Shown here one piece after another: positions 1-6,917 of a stretch of 19,214 nucleotides of DNA (the stretch's first letter is position 1; each line of letters begins with the position of its first letter). A program made the position numbers and the translations under genes. This DNA comes from an uncultured Eubacteriales bacterium (GTDB taxonomy: Bacteria; Bacillota; Clostridia; TANB77; RGIG9151). The DNA lies in the NCBI GenBank assembly GCA_964631135.1, contig CAZVVZ010000007.1, positions 1-19,214 on the forward strand, in the 5' to 3' direction. The notes under the pieces were generated by a model. The model worked only from the letters and a program-made list of their open reading frames with translations, was not told where the DNA came from and did not search any database.

Positions 1-58
1 TTTGATTATTTCCAAAAATTCAAATTTAATACGTAAAAATTGTATATATATATTATTT

Positions 59-221
59 GTTACTAATCAAACAACTACTATATGAAAGTACTAAATATGT
101 TTTGAAAGGAACGAATATTTGCCGAAAGACTTCCCGTATTTTTTAAAGTCTTTCGTAGCAAATCCTGAGTTCCGATAAAACATATTTAGTACTTTCATAT
201 AGTAGTTGTTTGTCTAGTAAC
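59..221. repeat. 163-nt long imperfect palindrome (MITE-like element or long-hairpin RNA candidate)
   Basis: Arms 59-103 and 177-221 are reverse complements at 43 of 45 positions; the only mismatches are 66-67 versus 213-214. The interior keeps folding: 108-112/169-173, 117-122/158-163 and 123-132/146-155, with a 13-nt loop at 133-145. No ORF lies inside. TATTATT occurs at 51-57 and again at 222-228. Confidence 0.8.
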
Positions 222-233
222 TATTATTGCTAT

Positions 234-262
234 TTGACAGAATGTAAATAAAGATATAAAGT
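234..262 (+). promoter_or_regulatory. Candidate sigma-A type promoter for the acyl-CoA ligase gene
   Basis: Consensus -35 TTGACA at 234-239. With a 17-nt spacer the -10 is TAAAGT at 257-262; alternatively TATAAA at 255-260 with a short 15-nt spacer. It lies about 45 nt upstream of the ATG at 305. Confidence 0.4.
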
Positions 263-304
263 GTAATTGTTAGGAATAGTAAATAAAAAGAAGGGAATTA
301 TATA

Positions 305-2119
305 ATGAATAAAAAAGTTTGCAAAATTTATAAAAAAAATAAAAGAAGAATCATAAAAGGACTTGGCTTTTTCAAGGGTGCAGAATTAAAAAATCTTAAG
401 GAGCTTGTGAATAGATCTAAAAGACTTTATGGGAACAAGGTCGCTTTTAGGTATAAAGAAAATGGAGAAATCATTGAAAAAAGCTATATTGACCTTGCAT
501 CAGATATAGATTGCTTTGGAACAGCACTTTGTGTAAGTGGGTTAAAAGGTGCTAAAATAGCTATAATTTCTGAAAACAGGTATGAATGGGCAGTTTCTTA
601 TTTATCTGTGACAAACGGGACAGGGGTAGTTATTCCTTTAGACAAGCATTTGCCTGAGTTGGAAATAAAAAACTTGTTGGAAAGAAGCGAATGTGATGCT
701 GTTATTTTTAGCAAAAAATATACGGAATATATGGAAAATATAGCCAAAACTTTTCCTAATGCTAAACTTTTTATATGTATGGATGACATAATTCTAGATA
801 AAGATAAAAAGTTTGTTACAATGAAATATATGATGGAAGTAGGAGCAAAAGAAATCATAAAAAATAATAGAATTTTTGTTGATGCTAAAATAGATGAAGA
901 AAAAATGTCTGTTTTATTATTTACTTCCGGAACAACAAATATTTCAAAAGCGGTTATGCTAACACATAGAAATATTGCTTCTAATGTAAATTCATGTGCA
1001 GGATTGATAGAGGGAAGATCTGATGACATTCATTTATCTTTATTACCATTACATCACACCTTTGAAAACACAATTGGATTTTTGTTTTTGGTATATTCCG
1101 GAATATGTATTTCGTATTGTCAAGGCATAAAATATTTAACAGACAACTTAAAAGAGTTCGATATTAGTGTCATTATCGCTGTTCCTGCAATATATGAGGC
1201 AATTTATAAAAAATTAAAAGAGGGAATAAAGAAAAGCGGTAAGGAAAAAATTGTTAATAAATTAGAGAATTTTTCAGAATTTTTATATAAACACGGTATT
1301 AACTTGAGAAGATACATAATGGCTCCTATTCGAAAAAAGCTTTCGCCAAGGCTAAGAATAGCAGTTTCCGGTGCAGCACCTATGAATTCAGAGGTTATAG
1401 AAGCGTTTGAGAGATTGGGAATAAGATTTATTCAGGGGTATGGTCTTACAGAAACATCTCCGCTAGTTTGTGCTACAAGCCCATTTAAGGCCATGACAGA
1501 CAGTATAGGTTATCCGGTAAAAGGTGTTGAAATTTCTTTAGATAATGTGGATGAAAATGGTATGGGTGAACTTCTTGTGCGAGGTGAAAATATTGCTTTA
1601 GGCTACTACAAAAATGAAGAAGAAACAAAAAATGCATTTACGAAGGATGGCTGGTTTAGAACCGGTGATTTAGCCACTTTCTCAGCAGATGGCAGTGTAA
1701 AGCTTTTAGGACGTGCAAAGTCGATGATAGTTTTCCCTAATGGAAAAAAAGCTTTTCCGGAAGAATATGAAACGTTACTTAATGAAGCAGAATTTATAAA
1801 AGATTCATTTGTTTGGGGATATAAAACTCAAGAGCAAGATATTGAGGTATGTGCAAAGATTGTTATAGATGCAAAGGCTGATCCTGAAGAATTAGCGGCA
1901 AAGATAGAAGAAAAAATAAAGAATATAAATGCGAATATTCCGAAGTATAAGATATTACGCTATTTTCTTATTACTAAGGAAGATTTAGTAAAGACTACCA
2001 CATTAAAGATAAAAAGATCGATTGAAGAGAAAAAAACGGTTGATTTTATTGAAAAAACGGGAAAGGACATGAGAAAATTAAATAAAACATTTATTGAAAA
2101 AGAGGTTACTGGACAATAG
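305..2119 (+). CDS. AMP-dependent synthetase/ligase, long-chain fatty-acid--CoA ligase-like (604 aa)
   Basis: Contains the AMP-binding signature LLFTSGTTNISKAV, the GYGLTETSP motif and the WFRTGDLA motif. The length is typical of the roughly 600-aa FadD-like ligases. A purine-rich RBS (GAAGGGA) lies upstream of ATG 305. Confidence 0.9.
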   Translation: MNKKVCKIYKKNKRRIIKGLGFFKGAELKNLKELVNRSKRLYGNKVAFRYKENGEIIEKSYIDLASDIDCFGTALCVSGLKGAKIAIISENRYEWAVSYLSVTNGTGVVIPLDKHLPELEIKNLLERSECDAVIFSKKYTEYMENIAKTFPNAKLFICMDDIILDKDKKFVTMKYMMEVGAKEIIKNNRIFVDAKIDEEKMSVLLFTSGTTNISKAVMLTHRNIASNVNSCAGLIEGRSDDIHLSLLPLHHTFENTIGFLFLVYSGICISYCQGIKYLTDNLKEFDISVIIAVPAIYEAIYKKLKEGIKKSGKEKIVNKLENFSEFLYKHGINLRRYIMAPIRKKLSPRLRIAVSGAAPMNSEVIEAFERLGIRFIQGYGLTETSPLVCATSPFKAMTDSIGYPVKGVEISLDNVDENGMGELLVRGENIALGYYKNEEETKNAFTKDGWFRTGDLATFSADGSVKLLGRAKSMIVFPNGKKAFPEEYETLLNEAEFIKDSFVWGYKTQEQDIEVCAKIVIDAKADPEELAAKIEEKIKNINANIPKYKILRYFLITKEDLVKTTTLKIKRSIEEKKTVDFIEKTGKDMRKLNKTFIEKEVTGQ

Positions 2120-2156
2120 AGTAAAAACATATATTTTTACTCTATTGTCTAGTAAC
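2105..2156. terminator. Hairpin with 23-nt arms between convergent genes; better placed as the intrinsic terminator of the minus-strand pgm gene
   Basis: Left arm 2105-2127 (GTTACTGGACAATAGAGTAAAAA) pairs with right arm 2134-2156 (TTTTTACTCTATTGTCTAGTAAC). There is one G-T pair (2111/2150) and a 6-nt loop CATATA. On the minus strand the hairpin is followed by CTCTTTTT. On the plus strand no T-tract follows it. The left arm overlaps the last four codons and the TAG stop (2117-2119) of the ligase gene. Confidence 0.6.
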
Positions 2157-2196
2157 AAGCTTAAAAAATTGCATACTTTATTTGAAACATTCGTTT

Positions 2197-3924
2197 TTAA
2201 AGCATTTTTCTTAATGCTTCTTTATATCCTTCTAACTTACTCTCACATTCTACTTCATTTTTTCCCGGTATACCGAAATAAAGCTTTATAATTGGCTCGG
2301 TACCTGATGGCCGTATTACTAAATTTGATTTATCCTCCATTTCAAAAAATAAAACATTTGATTCAGGCAAACCTGTTGAAGTAGTTTCTCCGGATAATAA
2401 ATTTATTATTTTGCTTGATTTATAATCTCGTACCTTTAATACTTTTATATTATTTATTTCTTTTGGGATATTTTCACGGATTTTTGACATCGTTAATTCC
2501 ATATCTTCTTTAGCAGACACACCTTCTTTTTTTATGGAAATAACAGCATCTTTAAAGTAGCCGTACTTTTCGTAAAGTTCCGTCAATGCATCATATAAAG
2601 TTTTTCCAAGTGCTTTATAATATGCCGACATTTCGGATATTAACATCGCGGCAAAAACAGCATCTTTGTCTCTTGCATATGTTCCGCTTAAATACCCATA
2701 GCTTTCTTCAAAGCCAAAGATATATGTGTATTCATTCGTTTTTTCAAATTCTTTGATTTTTTCCCCTATAAATTTAAAACCTGTTAAAACGTTTATAAGT
2801 GTTACATCATTTTTCTTGCATATTTCACTACATAATTCTGTTGAAACAATACTCTTTATTGCGCAAGCATTTTTAGGTAAAGTATTATTTTTTTTCATAT
2901 TTTCAATTATATATGCAAGCATCAATGCACCTACTTGGTTACCTGAAAGAGTTACATATTCACCGTTTGGTGTTCGTATTACAATTCCCATTCTATCAGC
3001 ATCAGGGTCAGTTCCTATTACTAAATCGCAATTTTCTTTTTTAGCAATTTCTATTGCAAGATTAAAACATGACTTTACTTCCGGATTTGGTTTTTCAACT
3101 GTTGGAAAATTGCCGTCAAGTATCATTTGTTCAGGCACTGTTAAGATATTTTCAGGTTTTGCACCGGCAAGCATTAGTATTTCTGGCACAAGTTTATATC
3201 CACTTCCGTGAAGCGGAGTGTATACTATTTTAAATTTGTCGGCAACATTCTTGATGGCATCTTTGTTTACTTGAGTTTTTAATATTTCAGCTAAAAATAT
3301 TTTATCGAAACTATCATCTATTAAAACTATTTTTTCTTCATTACAAGCAGTTTCAAAATCAATATAAGAAATATCGTTAAAAATGTCTAGTCCTTTTATT
3401 GCTTTGTAAATCCTGTCTGCATGTTCCGGCGGAACTTGTGCACCATCTTCCCAATATACTTTATAACCATTGTATTCTTTTGGGTTATGAGATGCGGTTA
3501 TCATTACTCCGGCTATACAATTAAAATATCTTGTGGCAAAAGATAATTCGGGAACAGGATGAAGTTCATTAAACATATATACTTTTATATCGTTTGCTGC
3601 CAGAACACATGCTGTCTTTTCGGCAAAAAGCCTAGAGTTGTTTCTGCTGTCGTATGAGATGGCAACTCCTCGTGCTGATTGTTTTTCTTCATGAATTATT
3701 TGAGCAAGTCCTTGAGTGGCTTGCATTACAGTATGTACGTTTATTCCATTAGTCCCTGGCTGCATTATTCCACGAAGTCCTGCTGTTCCAAAGCTTAGAT
3801 TTGAATAAAAATAATTTTTTAACTTTTCTTCTGAATTTAATGATTCAGTAAGTTCTCCACGAACAGTATCATCTAAATTAGGCTGGCTAAGCCATTCTTT
3901 TGCTTTTTCTAAATAAATTGACAT
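2197..3924 (-). CDS. pgcA: Alpha-phosphoglucomutase / phosphomannomutase family protein (575 aa)
   Basis: All four PGM/PMM motifs are present: active-site TASHNPKEYNGYKV, Mg-binding GTDPDADR, sugar-binding GFEESYGY and phosphate-binding RPSGTEP. The N-terminus and length resemble Bacillus PgcA. A strong RBS AAGGAGGA precedes the ATG on the minus strand. Confidence 0.9.
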   Translation of the reverse strand: MSIYLEKAKEWLSQPNLDDTVRGELTESLNSEEKLKNYFYSNLSFGTAGLRGIMQPGTNGINVHTVMQATQGLAQIIHEEKQSARGVAISYDSRNNSRLFAEKTACVLAANDIKVYMFNELHPVPELSFATRYFNCIAGVMITASHNPKEYNGYKVYWEDGAQVPPEHADRIYKAIKGLDIFNDISYIDFETACNEEKIVLIDDSFDKIFLAEILKTQVNKDAIKNVADKFKIVYTPLHGSGYKLVPEILMLAGAKPENILTVPEQMILDGNFPTVEKPNPEVKSCFNLAIEIAKKENCDLVIGTDPDADRMGIVIRTPNGEYVTLSGNQVGALMLAYIIENMKKNNTLPKNACAIKSIVSTELCSEICKKNDVTLINVLTGFKFIGEKIKEFEKTNEYTYIFGFEESYGYLSGTYARDKDAVFAAMLISEMSAYYKALGKTLYDALTELYEKYGYFKDAVISIKKEGVSAKEDMELTMSKIRENIPKEINNIKVLKVRDYKSSKIINLLSGETTSTGLPESNVLFFEMEDKSNLVIRPSGTEPIIKLYFGIPGKNEVECESKLEGYKEALRKML

Positions 3925-3975
3925 TTATATTCCTCCTTATTATTGCCCGTTTAACGGTAATATCGTAATTTGAGG

Positions 3976-4021
3976 GAAATATATTTAATAGTTTTTCACT
4001 ATTTTATATTAAATATATTTC
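3976..4021. promoter_or_regulatory. 15-bp perfect inverted repeat in the divergent pgm / SLH-protein intergenic region (candidate operator)
   Basis: GAAATATATTTAATA at 3976-3990 is the exact reverse complement of TATTAAATATATTTC at 4007-4021, with a 16-nt spacer. The sequence is AT-only and low complexity, so chance is not excluded. Confidence 0.35.
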
Positions 4022-4070
4022 TTAAATAGTCGAAAAATATGTTGATAGATTTTGTTTTAGGGAGGTTACA

Positions 4071-5384
4071 ATGAAAAAATTTTTAATATCAATATTTATA
4101 TTTTGCATATTTTTTTCAACATCACTTGCATTTTCGGATGACAGTAATTTTAGCTGGGCCAAAGGTGCAGTGGACAAATGGAGTTCTAAAGGATATTTTT
4201 CAGGTTATCCCGACGGTACGTTTAGAGGAAATAAATTTATTACCAGAGCGGAAGTAATTGCCGTTATCAATAAATTAAACAATTCCGGTTTGACTACTGA
4301 GAAAAGAGTAGCTAAAGATATAAAAAACAGTGATTGGTTTTTTAATGATATGGGAAATGCCTTTAATTGCGGATTGATAGCTTTAGATGAAGACGGAAAT
4401 CTTCGACCAAATGAGTTTGCAACAAGAGAAGAGGTTATAATTATTTTATCTAAATTACTAAATATATCATATTCCGGTAATTTGGATAATGCAAAAGTAA
4501 AAAAGTTTTTGGATTGTGATAAAATCAATTCAGCAGAATATAAAAGAGTAGCAGGAGTAGTAGAAGAAGGTTTAGTTAATGGTTATTCGGATAATACTTT
4601 GAGACCTAAAAACAATATAACCAGAGCAGAATTTGCATGCATAATAAATAATGCCATAAGTGATGTCTTTTCGTCGGGAGAGTACGATAATAGAGTGTTT
4701 AGTGGTAATATTATAATAAACGGTCAAAACGTAAAAATGACAAATTCAGAAGTAAAAGGAAAAGTTTTTGTGCTTGACGGAGCAAGAAATGGTTTGCCAT
4801 CTCTTATAAACACAAATGTTTCTGAAGGAATAAACTCACGAGTTGGTGAAATATTGATAAAAAATATTGCCGAATTGGAAACTGTTACAGAGCATGAATT
4901 TAATAATACAGAGAATACTCAAGAGTTGGCTTTTGCAAAACTTACATATAGTGAAACCGATTGGACCAATGAAGATGTTATAGTAACAGTAAAAATGAAT
5001 AATGATGATTATAAAATATTAAACGGAGATAACGATTTGATTTTTAAAAGAAACGGCGAAAAGGAAATTGAATATGAATACAACGGCAATATAATAAAAG
5101 TTAAAGCTAAAGTTGACAATATTGATAAAATTGTCCCAAAAGTAACTGCTACTGTGCAAAACGGAACGAAAGAAGCTGTAATAACCGTTAATATCGAAGA
5201 AGACGGACTTAGTCCTATAGTTAAAATATCTTGTTCAAATGGGATTTCTAATAAATTAGATGAAGAAACAGGCAATATAGAAAAAACAATTACAGTTACA
5301 GATAACGGCAGTTATACAATTACAGTTGAAGATGAAGCCGGAAATGAAGGAAAAGTAAAAGTTAAAGTAGATGGAATTGAATAG
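4071..5384 (+). CDS. Secreted S-layer-homology (SLH) domain cell-wall protein with Ig-like C-terminal region (437 aa)
   Basis: A signal peptide (MKKFLISIFIFCIFFSTSLAFS) is followed by three SLH-like repeats, for example W..GAV......GYFSGYPDGTFRGNKFITRAEVIAVINKL, then ...LRPNEFATREEVIIIL, then ...GYSDNTLRPKNNITRAEFACII. The C-terminal part is beta-rich and contains TNEDVIVTV-type Ig-like segments. RBS GGGAGG precedes the start. Confidence 0.85.
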   Translation: MKKFLISIFIFCIFFSTSLAFSDDSNFSWAKGAVDKWSSKGYFSGYPDGTFRGNKFITRAEVIAVINKLNNSGLTTEKRVAKDIKNSDWFFNDMGNAFNCGLIALDEDGNLRPNEFATREEVIIILSKLLNISYSGNLDNAKVKKFLDCDKINSAEYKRVAGVVEEGLVNGYSDNTLRPKNNITRAEFACIINNAISDVFSSGEYDNRVFSGNIIINGQNVKMTNSEVKGKVFVLDGARNGLPSLINTNVSEGINSRVGEILIKNIAELETVTEHEFNNTENTQELAFAKLTYSETDWTNEDVIVTVKMNNDDYKILNGDNDLIFKRNGEKEIEYEYNGNIIKVKAKVDNIDKIVPKVTATVQNGTKEAVITVNIEEDGLSPIVKISCSNGISNKLDEETGNIEKTITVTDNGSYTITVEDEAGNEGKVKVKVDGIE

Positions 5385-5417
5385 CAATAAAAACCAATAA
5401 TATTTTTTAATTTTCTA

Positions 5418-5446
5418 TTGCAAAAGTGCATTTAAAATTTTAGAAT
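5418..5446 (+). promoter_or_regulatory. Near-consensus sigma-A promoter for the two-gene unknown operon
   Basis: -35 TTGCAA at 5418-5423, an exact 17-nt spacer, and -10 TAGAAT at 5441-5446. It lies 25 nt upstream of ATG 5471, which has an AGGATGG-type RBS. Confidence 0.6.
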
Positions 5447-5470
5447 ATATATTGAAAGGATGGGGTTACT

Positions 5471-6121
5471 ATGCTTGCTACAATAGATAAAAAAGTTGAA
5501 AATACTAATGAAGAGAATGTACTTACTTTTTATGAGAAAATAAAAATAAAAAATAATTTAGAATCTATTTTTAGCCATTACACAGGTTCGTACGTTTTTA
5601 TAGAAATAAATCCATGGAAAGAAGAGTACATAATTCGAGGAAAGTTTCATGTGAAACTTGGAATTTTTGCAAAATTTGAAATGACTTTTGACGGAATTGA
5701 AAAATTAAGAAAGTATTCTGATTTTATTGAATCAATTGCATTTTTGAAGAATGCTTGTGATGAAAAGATCACACCAATTCTTAATGATAAAAACGATTTG
5801 GCATTTTTATATTCTGACGAGTATATAAACGAAGAAAATATAGGGACTGTACTAGACGACGTAAAAAATGCAAAATCTGTTGAGTTAAAAAGGGTTACGG
5901 AAGATATAAAAAGATTATATGAAGATATAGAAGAAGCAGATAACAAGATAAAAGACAGAAAACAGCAGATAAAAAATATGGAAATAAAGATAAAAGAAGC
6001 TCAAGCTGCTTCAGCAAATGTTTTTTCCGCTATACGTTATTTGACATTTACTCATAATAATTCTATTGCTAACAGAATTAAGAGAGTATTTAAGAAAGAG
6101 CAGTTAAAGTTAAATGCATAG
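5471..6121 (+). CDS. Hypothetical protein, N-terminal globular part plus C-terminal coiled coil (216 aa)
   Basis: Long ORF with its own promoter and RBS. I recognise no motif. Residues from about 145 to 185 (ELKRVTEDIKRLYEDIEEADNKIKDRKQQIKNMEIKIKEAQ) are heptad-like and charged, consistent with a coiled coil. Confidence 0.6.
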   Translation: MLATIDKKVENTNEENVLTFYEKIKIKNNLESIFSHYTGSYVFIEINPWKEEYIIRGKFHVKLGIFAKFEMTFDGIEKLRKYSDFIESIAFLKNACDEKITPILNDKNDLAFLYSDEYINEENIGTVLDDVKNAKSVELKRVTEDIKRLYEDIEEADNKIKDRKQQIKNMEIKIKEAQAASANVFSAIRYLTFTHNNSIANRIKRVFKKEQLKLNA

Positions 6122-6137
6122 AAAGGATGAAAACATA

Positions 6138-6851
6138 ATGAAAAACAAAAGAAATGAAATATATGAATTAAAAGAGAACATATATTCTTCAAATATCGAA
6201 AAAAGCAAGTTAAATGAGAAATTATACTCACTAAATGAAACTGTAAAAAAAGTTGAAGAAGGATATAATTCGTATAAAGAAATTGCTCAAAGAGTGGATA
6301 ATATAAAAAGTATAAAAGATGTTATGAGCTTTAAAAATGTAACATTAAAAACTCGTGTACCTTCGAAGAGGAGTACTAATTTAAAGCCTATTACATTAAA
6401 AACTGATACACCTCCTACGCCTGAATTTATCGCTTCTTCAGAATTAAAAGATTCGTTTAACAAATTACATTATAATGATAAAACTACTTTGGAAGACAAT
6501 AAAGTTTATACTGCTACAGAATGTAAAGAGCTAATGGTAAAAAATACATCAAATTCAAACATTACATTATATGCTGCACTAACCGAGGACACAAAATATC
6601 AACTTCAAACAGCTTTTTGCGAAACAATGATTACGGCTTATCCTACTTTAGAAAAGTTGAGAGAAAAGATATCTTTAGAAAGTGATTTATTAGTTGTAGA
6701 TGTTTTGAAAAATGCACATTACATACCGGCAATGACGACAGATGGTGGGTTTTGTGCTTTACTTGGTGGAGATATGGAGATTATTTACAAAGAAAAAGTT
6801 AATACCGGAAAAGAGAAAGTTGATATTTGGCACATAAGAAAAAAAGCATAA
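6138..6851 (+). CDS. Hypothetical protein, N-terminal coiled coil, Pro/Thr/Lys linker, C-terminal globular domain (237 aa from ATG 6138)
   Basis: The ORF track starts at 6114, but ATG 6138 is preceded by AAAGGATG at a good RBS distance, so I prefer 6138. The N-terminus (NEIYELKENIYSSNIEKSKLNEKLYSLNETVKKVEEGY) looks like coiled coil. No family is recognised. Confidence 0.6.
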   Translation: MKNKRNEIYELKENIYSSNIEKSKLNEKLYSLNETVKKVEEGYNSYKEIAQRVDNIKSIKDVMSFKNVTLKTRVPSKRSTNLKPITLKTDTPPTPEFIASSELKDSFNKLHYNDKTTLEDNKVYTATECKELMVKNTSNSNITLYAALTEDTKYQLQTAFCETMITAYPTLEKLREKISLESDLLVVDVLKNAHYIPAMTTDGGFCALLGGDMEIIYKEKVNTGKEKVDIWHIRKKA

Positions 6852-6852
6852 A

Positions 6853-6878
6853 AAAGGTGGACGAAGTCCACCTTTCTT
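6853..6878 (+). terminator. Rho-independent terminator of the unknown two-gene operon
   Basis: AAAGGTGGAC at 6853-6862 pairs with GTCCACCTTT at 6866-6875 around a 3-nt loop GAA, followed by CTT. It starts 2 nt after the TAA stop (6849-6851). Confidence 0.75.
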
Positions 6879-6917
6879 AATAAGATAAAAGTATTTTAGT
6901 TAGAAGGAAATAATATT

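Noticed and set aside
59-221. 6S RNA or another known long-hairpin ncRNA
   Set aside because: 6S RNA has a large central bubble and imperfect stems. A 45-bp almost perfect outer helix is atypical, and I see no flanking promoter and terminator arrangement to support a discrete transcript. I left it as an unassigned palindrome.
598-1029. Antisense or out-of-frame ORFs from the six-frame track: 598-1029(-), 2726-3211(+), 4205-4528(-), 5009-5275(-), 5647-5946(-), 7405-7614(-), 7798-8022(-), 7832-8122(-), 8944-9243(-), 9936-10145(-), 10485-10763(-), 10541-10789(-), 11149-11364(+), 12789-13010(-), 14641-14850(-), 14998-15252(-), 17608-17814(-), 18428-18640(-)
   Set aside because: Each lies entirely inside a longer ORF that has clear family motifs. 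Their translations are low-complexity and rich in Ser/Leu/Phe/Ile, as expected for shadow frames of AT-rich coding DNA, and none has a visible RBS.
59-2156. Integron attC-type sites flanking a gene cassette
   Set aside because: attC sites have RYYYAAC at the 5' end and GTTRRRY at the 3' end, with characteristic extrahelical bases. These elements instead begin with GTTAC and end with GTAAC. The first is longer than typical attC, the enclosed unit carries its own promoter, and no intI gene is visible.
2094-2291. 65-aa plus-strand ORF spanning the ligase stop, the hairpin and the 3' end of pgm
   Set aside because: It overlaps two well-supported genes and the terminator hairpin. It has no RBS and its sequence is hydrophobic and low complexity, so it is most likely spurious.
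6100-6140. Genes A (5471-6121) and B (6138-6851) as one gene split by a frameshift or programmed frameshifting
   Set aside because: The B frame is closed by TAA at 6111-6113, immediately upstream of its first ATG. There is no slippery heptamer or homopolymer at the junction, and B has its own RBS. Two separate genes is the simpler reading.
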